From Nocardioides sp. (GTDB lineage: Bacteria; Actinomycetota; Actinomycetes; Propionibacteriales; Nocardioidaceae), in the NCBI GenBank assembly GCA_044464665.1, contig JBIQLB010000020.1, positions 3,104-67,103 of the forward strand: a DNA stretch of 64,000 bases, written 5' to 3'. The notes below the pieces were generated by a model. It worked only from the letters and a program-made list of their open reading frames with translations, was not told where the DNA came from and made no database searches. How positions within the stretch are numbered: position 1 is the stretch's first letter; each line of letters opens with the position of its first letter. This document shows, piece after piece, positions 18,433 through 27,315 of this stretch. Both the position numbers and the translations under genes were made by a program.

Positions 18433-20037
18433 TCAGGGCTCGAACTGGTGCAGGACGACGGCGACGATCTGATCGTCGTCATCGAAGTAGAGGTCGATCG
18501 CGAACCACTCAAGGCACGAGGCGGGGGAGCGGTCGGAGGGCTGCAGCGTGGTCCGGCGGTAGTCGCCGAGCGCGACGACGACGGGTGCGGGTGAGCCGGC
18601 GCAGACCGGGTGGAGTGCCATGCCGACGAGCAGGGCGTCCGCGCTCTTCCCCAGGTACCTCCGAAGAGGCGCCAGGAGGTCGATCGGGCCGCTCTGACCC
18701 GCGTAGGAGCCAGAGCTCGGCGTACGGACCCACCCCTCCGCGGTGGTCAGGTCGTCGCGGTCGGTCTCGCGGAGGTCGTCGCCCAGGCCCAGGCGCACGG
18801 TCGGGGCGAAGGGCACCGCGGCAGCCGTCGTCGGAGTCGGGTCCTCGACCATGGCGGTGAAGGACCTGACCGCTGCCTGGATGGGGCTGAACAGGCCCGA
18901 CGGGCCCTCCGCGGGCCGGACGCCGACATCGTCGGGGTCGAACCAGCCGGCTATCTCGCAGGCGCCGTCGCGGACGTCGCACCGCACCTGCGCGTCGCGC
19001 TCCAGCCCGCTGGTCTCGGCCCTGATCTCGAGGACGATGTGGGTGGCGTCCTCGGCGTGGACGATCGGGAAGTCGAGGGCGGGCAGTCCGAGACGCACGT
19101 CGTCGCCAGCGCGCCGTGCGAGCAGCTCTCCCGCATCGCTCGCGTAGACGATGACGCCGCTGAGGCCGAAGAAGGCCGGACCGACGCGATCGAAGCGCTC
19201 GGTCACGACCAGCCGGTCGCCGTCGAGCCTGCCCACGTCGTACCCCTCGGGCCCCTGCGTGACCACCTCGGAGGCGGTCATGGCGACGACCTGCCGCTCG
19301 CCCAGGCCCTTGATCCGGTGCGCCCAGGTCGGCGGAAGGCTGTCCAGCCTGTGCGCCCATACCCACTGCCCGGCCGCGTCGGTGCCCGCGATCACCAGGC
19401 CCTCGTTGGCACCGGCGATGCGGAACGGGTTGTCGCAGCACGAGGGAATCGCGGGGATCGCCCGCTCGACCGCGGAGCCGTCGACGAGATCGCGCACGAC
19501 GACGACCGGAGTGCCCGTGGTCTCGCGCGAGTACGCCACGGCATGGCGGCCCGCCAGGGCGAACGTCTCCACCTTGTCCGCCACCGTGTGGACCTGTCCG
19601 GTCTCCACGTCGACGTGGTGCAGCGAGCGGTCGCCGTACTGGACCACGACGTCATCGGCCGAGACCAGGACGCGCGCCGGCGCCTGGGGGAGCGGCACGC
19701 TCCGGTCGCCGAGGTGGACGACCCGGCCGGACACGAAGGGGATGTCGGAGGGCTCGCCCTCGGGGAGATCGGCCAGGGACCGCACCGGCTCCTGGGTGGG
19801 CTCCTTGGCGGGCGTCGGCGAGCCGGCCTGCCGCGGCCACTCGGTGACGGCGGCGCCGGCCGCGATGGCGAGGACGACGGCGGCGACCACCGAGCCCAGC
19901 AGCAGCCGTCCGCGCCGCCGGTCCGCCCGGGCCCCGGCTGCCATGAGATCCACCAGCGGCGGCTCCGGGACGGCCACGTCCCGGGCACGCTCGGCGAGCA
20001 GGGTACGGAGCTCCTCCTCGGGCATCGGGTCAGTCAT
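18433..20037 (-). CDS. Single-pass membrane protein downstream of an ECF sigma gene (candidate anti-sigma/sensor, 534 aa)
   Basis: ATG 20037 overlaps the sigma stop by 8 nt (ATGACTGA). Short cytoplasmic N-terminus, TM helix LLLGSVVAAVVLAIAAGAAV, and a large extracytoplasmic domain with no recognisable family. Confidence 0.65.
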   Translation of the reverse strand: MTDPMPEEELRTLLAERARDVAVPEPPLVDLMAAGARADRRRGRLLLGSVVAAVVLAIAAGAAVTEWPRQAGSPTPAKEPTQEPVRSLADLPEGEPSDIPFVSGRVVHLGDRSVPLPQAPARVLVSADDVVVQYGDRSLHHVDVETGQVHTVADKVETFALAGRHAVAYSRETTGTPVVVVRDLVDGSAVERAIPAIPSCCDNPFRIAGANEGLVIAGTDAAGQWVWAHRLDSLPPTWAHRIKGLGERQVVAMTASEVVTQGPEGYDVGRLDGDRLVVTERFDRVGPAFFGLSGVIVYASDAGELLARRAGDDVRLGLPALDFPIVHAEDATHIVLEIRAETSGLERDAQVRCDVRDGACEIAGWFDPDDVGVRPAEGPSGLFSPIQAAVRSFTAMVEDPTPTTAAAVPFAPTVRLGLGDDLRETDRDDLTTAEGWVRTPSSGSYAGQSGPIDLLAPLRRYLGKSADALLVGMALHPVCAGSPAPVVVALGDYRRTTLQPSDRSPASCLEWFAIDLYFDDDDQIVAVVLHQFEP

Positions 20038-20545
20038 GGTGGCCTCCGGTGGTCTCGTGCAGCTCGGCGTCGGGCGCCTGCAGACGCAGGGTGCGCAGCG
20101 CGGCCGACGCGTGGGCCTTGACCGTGCCGGGGGCGCATCCGAGCGTCCGGGCGATCTCGGCCTCGGAGAGGTCCTCGTAGTAGCGCAGCACGATGACGGC
20201 GCGCTGCCGTGGTGGGAGACCGTTGATCCGGTCCCACATCGCCGAGCGCTCCACGACCGCGCTCTCATGCGAGCCGTGCGGCCGGTCGATGCCCTCGTCG
20301 GGGACCAGCCGGAGCCGGCGGCTGCGACCCCTGCCCTCCGAGAGGGCGGTGTTCACCAGGATCCTCCGGATGTAGGCCTCCGGCGACTCGGCCCGCTCGA
20401 CGCGGTGCCAGGAGGTGTAGGCCTTGAGCAGCGCGGCCTGGGTGACGTCGTCGGCGCCCGACTCGCCCACGAAGAGGGTCGCCAGACGGTAGAGCGAGGC
20501 CCAGTGCGCGGCGACGTACTCCGCGAACGCCCGGTCCTTGCCCAT
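20030..20545 (-). CDS. ECF-type RNA polymerase sigma factor (SigE-family)
   Basis: FAEYVAAHWASLYRLATLFVGESGADDVTQAALLKAYTSWHRV (region 2) and LPPRQRAVIVLRYYEDLSEAEIARTLGCAPGTVKAHASAALRTLR (region 4). ATG 20545 sits 5 nt after AGGAGG. Confidence 0.85.
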   Translation of the reverse strand: MGKDRAFAEYVAAHWASLYRLATLFVGESGADDVTQAALLKAYTSWHRVERAESPEAYIRRILVNTALSEGRGRSRRLRLVPDEGIDRPHGSHESAVVERSAMWDRINGLPPRQRAVIVLRYYEDLSEAEIARTLGCAPGTVKAHASAALRTLRLQAPDAELHETTGGHHD

Positions 20546-20679
20546 CTCCACCTCCTGTCTCGTCTCCCACCCCTAGGACGCCCGAGCCGACCGTGAGGTC
20601 TAGGTAGTCTGGCGAAAACGCCGGGGCCTGTCGCGGACGTCGGAGGCCGGAGCGGCGTCCGAGCCGGTGGGAGCGCGCA

Positions 20680-21495
20680 GTGGGGAGCAGCACCGCATGG
20701 TCCCGCAGGGCGGTGCTGGTCGCCGGAGCGATGGGGCTCGCGGGATGCGGGGTGGCGGAGGGCTCCGGGGGAGCCGATCCGGAGCGCGTGGTCAGCGGCG
20801 GCTTCCGGTCGGATCTGATGGCGGGGCGCCGGGTCGGGTGGAGCATCGGCTACCCGCCGGGGCACCAGCCGGGGGACCGGCTGCCGGTGGTGGTGAGCCT
20901 GCACGGCCGGGGCGCCAGCCACACCACGACGTTCCGCACGCTGCGGCTGGGCTCGGTGCTCGACCAGGTCGTGGTGGCGGGGGCGGAGCCGTTCGCGCTG
21001 GCCTCGGTCGATGGCGGCGACCACGGCTACTGGCACGCGCGTGACGACGGCACCGACGCGGGCGCGATGGTGGTGCGCGAGCTCGTGCCGATGCTGGCCG
21101 ACCGCGGTCTCGACACCGGGCGGATCGGGCTCTACGGCTGGTCGATGGGCGGGTACGGCGCGCTACTGCTCGCCTCGGAGCACGTCCTGCCGGTCAAGGC
21201 GCTGGCCGTCTCCAGCCCGGCGCTGTTCGCCTCCGCCGGAGCGACGGCGCCGGGGGCGTTCGACGACGCCGAGGACTTCGCCGAGCACGACGTGACGGCG
21301 TATCCCGAGCGGCTGAAGGGCATCCCGCTCCGGATCGACTGCGGGGACGACGACCCGTTCGCGGGCACGACCCGGGCCTTCCGGGCCAGTCTCACGCCCG
21401 AGCCGGCCGGCGGGATGGGCCCGGGCGGGCACGACTCGGCGTACTGGCGCGGCCGGGCGCCCGCGCAGCTGGAGTTCCTCGCCGAGCACCTGTAG
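20680..21495 (+). CDS. Secreted/lipoprotein alpha/beta-hydrolase (esterase family)
   Basis: Tat-like SRRAVLV plus lipobox LAGC. GWSMGG nucleophile elbow. Esterase-D / antigen-85-like layout. Confidence 0.75.
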   Translation: MGSSTAWSRRAVLVAGAMGLAGCGVAEGSGGADPERVVSGGFRSDLMAGRRVGWSIGYPPGHQPGDRLPVVVSLHGRGASHTTTFRTLRLGSVLDQVVVAGAEPFALASVDGGDHGYWHARDDGTDAGAMVVRELVPMLADRGLDTGRIGLYGWSMGGYGALLLASEHVLPVKALAVSSPALFASAGATAPGAFDDAEDFAEHDVTAYPERLKGIPLRIDCGDDDPFAGTTRAFRASLTPEPAGGMGPGGHDSAYWRGRAPAQLEFLAEHL

Positions 21496-21568
21496 GAGTG
21501 CGTGGGCGGTCTAGACTTTCGCGCTCAACCACGGCCTTTCTGTCGGTGCTGCCTGGTGGACTGAGGTC

Positions 21569-22918
21569 ATGTCGATCAGCCAGCTCGCCGCTCCCCAGCA
21601 TCCATTGTTGGGGCTGGTCGATGCGTTGGAGGAGTTGCGCGATCGGGTCGGCGAGGCCAATGCCTGGTCGCTGACCGACACCGAGTTGCGGGATGGTCTT
21701 CCTCGACTGACCCGAGCCCTGGCCGGGTTGGGTGAGGTCCAGGCGCGGTTGTTGGCCGAGGCCGACCGTCGTGACCTTGGTCAGGCGGGTGGGTACCACG
21801 ATGCGGCGTCGTGGTTCGCGGTCATCACCCGCACGAGCCGTCCGGTGGCCAAGGGCCTGGTGCGGCTGGCGCGGTCGCTGGAGGACGGTGGGCACGAGGC
21901 GACCCGGCTCGCGTTGGCGGCCGGGCGGGTCTCAGCGGAGCAGGCCGGGGTGATCGTCGCGGCCGTCGAGGCGCTGCCCGCCGATCTGGATGCCGGGCTG
22001 GCGGTGTCGGCCGAGGAGCACCTGATCGAGCTCGCCGCCGACCACGACCCGCGGGAGCTGCGCGTCCTGGGCCGTCGCATCCTCGAGGTCGTCGACCCGG
22101 ACGCGGCCGACGAGCACGAGCGGCGACTGCTGGAGGCCGCCGAGCGTCGCGCGGCCGCGAAGACCTCGTTCTCGATCCGCTCCGACGGACTTGGGATGAT
22201 GCACGGCCGGTTCGCCATCCCCGAGCTGCACGGCGCGATGCTGAAGAAGCACCTCGACGCCCTGGCTGCGCCACGCCACCGCGCCGCGCTCGACGCCGGC
22301 GGGGCGCCCAGCACGACGCCCAGCACCACGCCCGGCGCGGACGGACAGGGCCAGAACGACACCGCCCAAGACGCCGGCCGGCAGCCGATCGGAACCGTCT
22401 CCCGACCGCTGCGCCTGGGCGAGGCCTTCTGCGAGTACATCGCCACCCGGCCCGCCACTGCCGACGGCACCCCCAGGGCCGGAGGGATGCCCGCGACGAT
22501 CGTGGTGACCATGACCCACGAGTCCCTCACCGGACAGCTCGAGACCGCCGGACTGCTCGACACCGGAGAGCCGATCTCCGCCCGGACCGCACGGATGCTG
22601 GCCTGCGGCGCCGGGATCGTTCCCGCCGTCCTCGGCACCCGGTCCCAGGCACTCGACCTGGGCCGCAAGACCCGCTTCCACACCGAGCCCCAGCGCATCG
22701 CGATCGGCCTACGCGACCGCGGCTGCGCAGCAGCCCACTGCGACTGGCCGCCAGGGATGTGTCACATCCACCATCGCGATCAGTGGAGCCGAGGCGGCAA
22801 GACCGACGTGGCGACCGGGATCATGCTCTGCCCCCGACACCACACCCTCGCCCACGACGCCCGGTATCAGATGACCGACACCATGCACGGCAAGGTCAGA
22901 TTCACCCGCCGGACGTGA
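21569..22918 (+). CDS. DUF222 / HNH endonuclease family protein (REP13E12-like)
   Basis: N-terminal DUF222-like helical region. C-terminal HNH block CAAAHCDWPPGMCHIHHRDQWSRGGKTDVATGIMLCPRHHTLAHD. Confidence 0.8.
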   Translation: MSISQLAAPQHPLLGLVDALEELRDRVGEANAWSLTDTELRDGLPRLTRALAGLGEVQARLLAEADRRDLGQAGGYHDAASWFAVITRTSRPVAKGLVRLARSLEDGGHEATRLALAAGRVSAEQAGVIVAAVEALPADLDAGLAVSAEEHLIELAADHDPRELRVLGRRILEVVDPDAADEHERRLLEAAERRAAAKTSFSIRSDGLGMMHGRFAIPELHGAMLKKHLDALAAPRHRAALDAGGAPSTTPSTTPGADGQGQNDTAQDAGRQPIGTVSRPLRLGEAFCEYIATRPATADGTPRAGGMPATIVVTMTHESLTGQLETAGLLDTGEPISARTARMLACGAGIVPAVLGTRSQALDLGRKTRFHTEPQRIAIGLRDRGCAAAHCDWPPGMCHIHHRDQWSRGGKTDVATGIMLCPRHHTLAHDARYQMTDTMHGKVRFTRRT

Positions 22919-22930
22919 GCCGTGATCGGC

Positions 22931-23773
22931 TCAGTCGTCGGCGGAGGCCTGAGAGGCCAGGCGGTCGCGGTAGGCGAGGCGCTCGGGCTTGTCGGGGCGC
23001 AGCGCGCGGTCGTCGCGGATCAGCCGGCGGACGGCGTGGAGCACGGGCTCGGGCGTGATCGCGGCAGTGGCGGCGAGCGTGCCGACGTAGCGGGGGACGG
23101 CGATCTCGCCCTGACGTGAGACCACGGAGTCCAGCACGGCGGCGGCAATCGCCTCGGGCTTGACCTTCGGGATCGGCCGCATGTCGAGCCCGCTCGCCAG
23201 CGCGGTGTCGACCGCGGAGGGGAGCACCGCGCTGACCGAGACGCCCGCGGGAGCCATCTCCAGGCGGGTGGCGGCGGTAAGGCCGACGACGGCGAACTTG
23301 CTGGCGTTGTAGACCGCCAGGCCCTTGACCGGGAACTTGCCGGCCAGCGAGGCGACGTTGACGACGTGACCACGCCCGCGCGAGACCATCCCGGGCAGCA
23401 CCTCGCGCATCCCGTTGAGGACGCCGAAGACGTTGACCTCCATGGTCATCCGGTCGATCTCGGGGGTCAGCTCCAAGAAGGCGCCGTTGGGCATCACGCC
23501 GGCGTTGTTGACCAGTACGTCGGCCGGACCGTGGGCCGCCTCGGCCTCGGCGACGTACGCCGCGAAGGAGGCGGGATCGGTCACGTCGAGTCGCAGCCCG
23601 AGCGCGTCGACCTCCCGGGCGGCCTCACGGGTCCGGTCCGCGTCGAGGTCGCCGATCGCGACGCGGGCGCCGCGCTCGGCGAAGGCGCGCGCGGTGGCCA
23701 GGCCGATGCCCTGGGCGCCGCCGGTGATCAGCACCGAGGCGCCGTCGAGGTCGATGCGGGGGTACCTGCTCAT
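22931..23773 (-). CDS. Short-chain dehydrogenase/reductase (SDR)
   Basis: ITGGAQGIG cofactor motif, NNAG, and YNASKFAV catalytic Y-x3-K. Confidence 0.85.
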   Translation of the reverse strand: MSRYPRIDLDGASVLITGGAQGIGLATARAFAERGARVAIGDLDADRTREAAREVDALGLRLDVTDPASFAAYVAEAEAAHGPADVLVNNAGVMPNGAFLELTPEIDRMTMEVNVFGVLNGMREVLPGMVSRGRGHVVNVASLAGKFPVKGLAVYNASKFAVVGLTAATRLEMAPAGVSVSAVLPSAVDTALASGLDMRPIPKVKPEAIAAAVLDSVVSRQGEIAVPRYVGTLAATAAITPEPVLHAVRRLIRDDRALRPDKPERLAYRDRLASQASADD

Positions 23774-23796
23774 GGCGGCGGCCCTTTCGGGTGGGG

Positions 23797-24294
23797 CTAG
23801 ACGACCTGGTTCAGCAGCCCGGTGTCGACGTCGTAGATGAAGCCCCCGACAGCGGTGGACTCGGGGATCAGCGGGTGCGAGCGGACCTTGCGGACGTCGA
23901 CCTCCAGGGCCGCGCGCTGGTCGGCGATCACCGAGAACGGGTGCCAGGTCGCGTCGTGGCCCATCGCCGTGCCGATCTTCTCCTGCAGCTCGGCCTCGGT
24001 GCTGGTCGTCATCGCGCAGCGGGTGTGCGGGACGACCAGGATCCGCTTCACGTTGAGCAGGTGCGTGCCCAGGACGAGCGCCTCGAGCGCCGCCTCGGTG
24101 ACGCGGCCACCGGGATTGCGGAAGATCTTGGCGTCGCCGGGCTTGAGTCCGAGCATGCCGAGCGGGTCGATGCGGGAGTCCATGCAGGTGACCAGCGCGA
24201 TGCCGGCATGGGCCACGCCATCGAAGCCGCTGAGCTTGAAGTCGGACGCGAAGGCCCGGTTGGCTGCCAGCAGGTCGTCGAATTCAGCGCTCAC
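23797..24294 (-). CDS. Beta-class carbonic anhydrase
   Basis: Zinc-ligand motifs VTCMDSR and PHTRCAM. GTG start overlaps the upstream permease stop (GTGA). Confidence 0.85.
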   Translation of the reverse strand: MSAEFDDLLAANRAFASDFKLSGFDGVAHAGIALVTCMDSRIDPLGMLGLKPGDAKIFRNPGGRVTEAALEALVLGTHLLNVKRILVVPHTRCAMTTSTEAELQEKIGTAMGHDATWHPFSVIADQRAALEVDVRKVRSHPLIPESTAVGGFIYDVDTGLLNQVV

Positions 24295-25478
24295 CCTCGC
24301 GACGTTAGCGCCTGCCGGAGACTGACCCGCGCTCCGGTCCGCAGAACGGAATTGGCGTACATCCGGCCCGCCAGCCAGACCAGCAGTGGCACCACGGCCA
24401 GGGAGAGCCCGACCGACAGGGCGATCTCCCAGCCGGGGACCTCGCCGGCGGCGATCCGCACGGGCATCACCAGCGGCGCGGCGAACGGGATGAACGAGAG
24501 CGTCACGACCAGGGTGTTGTCGGGATCCCAGGTGCCGATCGAGACCGCGATGACGTACGGCACGATCATCAGGGTGGTCACCGGCGCGATCACCGAGCCG
24601 ACGTCTTCCTGACGGGAGACCAGGGAGGCCAGGGCGGCCATCACCAGGGCATAGGTCAGGTAGCCGATCACGAACCAGCCGATCGCTCCGGTGAAGGCCG
24701 AGGCGAGATTGAGCGACCCGGTGTCGACCAGATCGAAGGCCTTGGCGCTGCCGACGGCGGCGAGCAAGATCGCGCCGACCTGGATCAGCCCGATCACCCC
24801 GATCCCGAGGACCTTGCCGGCCATCAGCTGCCAGGGCCTCAGGGCCGCCAGGAGAAGCTCCACGACCCGGCTGGTCTTCTCCTCGACGACGCCCTGGGCG
24901 ACGATCTGGCCGGTGAGCATCAGGCCCAGGAAGACCAGGATGCCGACCAGGTAGCCCGCCAGGACCTGCTCCCCGGAGACCTCGTTGGGCTCCAGTGCCT
25001 CGACCTGGGGCACGGCCTCGGCGATCGCTCCGGCGACGCTGGCCGGATCGCCGCCCAGTGAGCGGATCTGGCCCGAGAGCGTCTCCTGCTGCGCCACGGC
25101 GGTCAGGGTCGAGCGCAGCCCGGGGTCGAGCTGGTCCTTGACGACCACGACGATCCGCTGCGGTGTGCCGGTCACCAGCGCGTCGAGGTCTCCCTCGCGG
25201 ACGGCGCGATCGCCGGCGGACCGGGTGGCGATGCTCTTGGCGCGTACGGCGTCCTCGCCGCTGAGCTGCTTCACCGGATCGGCGAGCGACTGCGTCGACG
25301 GGACGAACCCGACCACGGGAGGGCTGTCGTCGACGGCGATCTTGAGCAACAGGCCGCCCAGGAGCATCGCCACGATCAGCCCCGCGGTGGAGAGCAGGAA
25401 CGCCTTCGACGTGGCCTTGGCCCGGATCTCGCGCTGGGCGACCAGCCAGACCGGCGCTCCTCCCGTCGCCCGGCTCAT
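24291..25478 (-). CDS. ABC-2 type transporter permease (NatB-like)
   Basis: Trimmed to ATG 25478 (MSRATGGAPVWLVAQREIRAK). One N-terminal TM helix, a large loop, then about 5 C-terminal TM helices. ATGA overlap with the ATPase gene. Confidence 0.75.
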   Translation of the reverse strand: MSRATGGAPVWLVAQREIRAKATSKAFLLSTAGLIVAMLLGGLLLKIAVDDSPPVVGFVPSTQSLADPVKQLSGEDAVRAKSIATRSAGDRAVREGDLDALVTGTPQRIVVVVKDQLDPGLRSTLTAVAQQETLSGQIRSLGGDPASVAGAIAEAVPQVEALEPNEVSGEQVLAGYLVGILVFLGLMLTGQIVAQGVVEEKTSRVVELLLAALRPWQLMAGKVLGIGVIGLIQVGAILLAAVGSAKAFDLVDTGSLNLASAFTGAIGWFVIGYLTYALVMAALASLVSRQEDVGSVIAPVTTLMIVPYVIAVSIGTWDPDNTLVVTLSFIPFAAPLVMPVRIAAGEVPGWEIALSVGLSLAVVPLLVWLAGRMYANSVLRTGARVSLRQALTSRG

Positions 25479-26389
25479 CGGACCGCCTCCACCGGGGAGG
25501 TCACCGCGTCGCGGTAGAGCTCGGTGAGCGAGGGACGCACCGGCGCGAACTCGCGGACGGCTCCGGCGGCCAGGGCGGCCGTGAGCACGGGCTGCTCGGC
25601 GCCGTGGTCGGTCGAGTCCAGTTCCAGGACGGTCCGCCCGTTGGCGCTCTCCACGACGCGTACGCCGGCCAAGCCGGACGTCCATCCGTCGCCGGGCGGG
25701 CCGTCCACGACCCAGCGCGGTCGCTCGTGCCGGCGCAGCTCGTCGATCGCGCCGACGGCGATCATGGTGCCGTCGCGGATGATACCGACCCGGTCGCAGA
25801 GCCGCTCGACGAGATCGAGCTGGTGGGAGGAGAAGAGGACCGGGACACCCGCGGCCGCGCGGTCGCGCAGGACCCCGGACATGACGTCGACCGCGACCGG
25901 GTCGAGGCCGGAGAACGGCTCGTCCAGGACCAGCAGCTCCGGGTCGTGCACCAGCGCGGCGGCCAGCTGCACCCGCTGCTGGTTGCCCAGTGAGAGGGTG
26001 CCGACCTCGTCGTCGCGGCGGCCATCCACGCCCAGCACCTCGGTCCACCGCTCCATCGCCGTACGGGCCTTGGCGGCGGGGTCGCCGTAGAGCCGGGACA
26101 GGTAGACCAGCTGGTCGGCGACCTTCATCTTCGGGTAAAGCCCGCGCTCCTCGGGCATGTAGCCGATCCGCCGCCGGATGTCGGCGTCGACGGGCTTGCC
26201 GGCCCAGCGGACCTCGCCGGCGTCGGCCGCGAGGACGCCCAGGACGATCCGCATGGTGGTGGTCTTGCCGGCGCCGTTGGAGCCGACGAAGCCGAAGATC
26301 TCGCCGGACCTCACCGAGAACGAGGTGTCCCGGAGCGCGGGGCGGTCCCCGAAGGACTTGGACAGGCGGTCGATCTCGAGAAGCGACAT
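25475..26389 (-). CDS. ABC transporter ATP-binding protein
   Basis: Walker A GSNGAGKTT, signature LSLGNQQRV, Walker B LLVLDEPFSGLD. ATG 26389 sits 7 nt after AAGGA (alternative ATG at 26407). Confidence 0.88.
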   Translation of the reverse strand: MSLLEIDRLSKSFGDRPALRDTSFSVRSGEIFGFVGSNGAGKTTTMRIVLGVLAADAGEVRWAGKPVDADIRRRIGYMPEERGLYPKMKVADQLVYLSRLYGDPAAKARTAMERWTEVLGVDGRRDDEVGTLSLGNQQRVQLAAALVHDPELLVLDEPFSGLDPVAVDVMSGVLRDRAAAGVPVLFSSHQLDLVERLCDRVGIIRDGTMIAVGAIDELRRHERPRWVVDGPPGDGWTSGLAGVRVVESANGRTVLELDSTDHGAEQPVLTAALAAGAVREFAPVRPSLTELYRDAVTSPVEAVR

Positions 26390-26418
26390 GGCCCCATCCT
26401 TGCCCATCGGCCGGATCG

Positions 26419-27315
26419 TCAATCCCCGAGGAAGCGGGCCCTGCGGTGGACGACAGGCTTGAGGGCCTTGCCGCAGGACTCGGCACGCTCGCCCTCGGTG
26501 TGCTCCTCGACGGCGACCAGCCAGGACCGGCCGTCGAGATGGACGACCCTCCAGCTCTCGCCGTCGGCGGCCACCGTGAGCTCGTCGAGGCCACGGATGC
26601 CGTGCGCGCGGCGTACCAGCTCCTCGGCGACCTGCGCGCCGGCCGGCCAGCAGGACCGCCCGCGCAGCCCCTCGATCGCCAGCTCGCCGAGGTCGGCAGC
26701 CGTCAGGACGCTCGTGGCGTCGAGGATCCGGCCGTGCAGGTAGCCCGAGGGCAGCAGCACCGTGGTCGGCGCGAAGCGGTGACCGGAGGTGTGGGTCACC
26801 TCCCAGACGCGGCCCGGGCACGCCGCCGCGGCGGAGGTCGCGACGGGACGGCCCAGGCGCGCGCAGCAGGTGTCGCGGGTGCCGTTGGTGCACACCAGCA
26901 GGTGCTGCCGCGGATCGGGGGCGAGCCAGGGAGCCGCGTCCAGCGTGGCCGCCAGGTCGCCCGCGCCGATGGCCGCCCAGGGGAGGTCGAGCAGCGTGGC
27001 GGGGTCATCGACGGAGCCGGCCAGCAGCCAGGGGCGCGACGGGTGGCTGCTGGCCACCAGGACGGTCCGGGAGCCGTCGACGTGGGCGTCGGCGTGGCGG
27101 CCGGGAGCGCGGATCAGCGAGGGCCGGACGCGGTGCTCGCCGGCGGCGGTCTCGATGGCCGCGCCGAGCGCGGGGTCGAGGTGGGAGGAGGTCCAGGCGG
27201 TCCGCCCCCAGGGGCCGTTCTGCTCCAGGCACAGCCAGGCGTCGGCGTCCGGCGCGCTGCCGATGAGCGGCTCGCCGGCGGCCAGCGAGGAGTCGGTGCA
27301 GATGGGCTCGAGCAT
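26419..27315 (-). CDS. Sucrase/ferredoxin-like (thioredoxin-like [2Fe-2S]) family protein
   Basis: LLVCTNGTRDTCCARLGRP and HTSGHRFAP motifs. Its ATG overlaps the MFS stop (TGATG). Confidence 0.7.
   Translation of the reverse strand: MLEPICTDSSLAAGEPLIGSAPDADAWLCLEQNGPWGRTAWTSSHLDPALGAAIETAAGEHRVRPSLIRAPGRHADAHVDGSRTVLVASSHPSRPWLLAGSVDDPATLLDLPWAAIGAGDLAATLDAAPWLAPDPRQHLLVCTNGTRDTCCARLGRPVATSAAAACPGRVWEVTHTSGHRFAPTTVLLPSGYLHGRILDATSVLTAADLGELAIEGLRGRSCWPAGAQVAEELVRRAHGIRGLDELTVAADGESWRVVHLDGRSWLVAVEEHTEGERAESCGKALKPVVHRRARFLGD

Noticed and set aside
21496-22930. The DUF222/HNH gene as part of a prophage, IS or genomic island
   Set aside because: No integrase or transposase, no flanking direct or inverted repeats, and no tRNA attachment site are visible. 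The neighbouring genes look like ordinary chromosomal genes.
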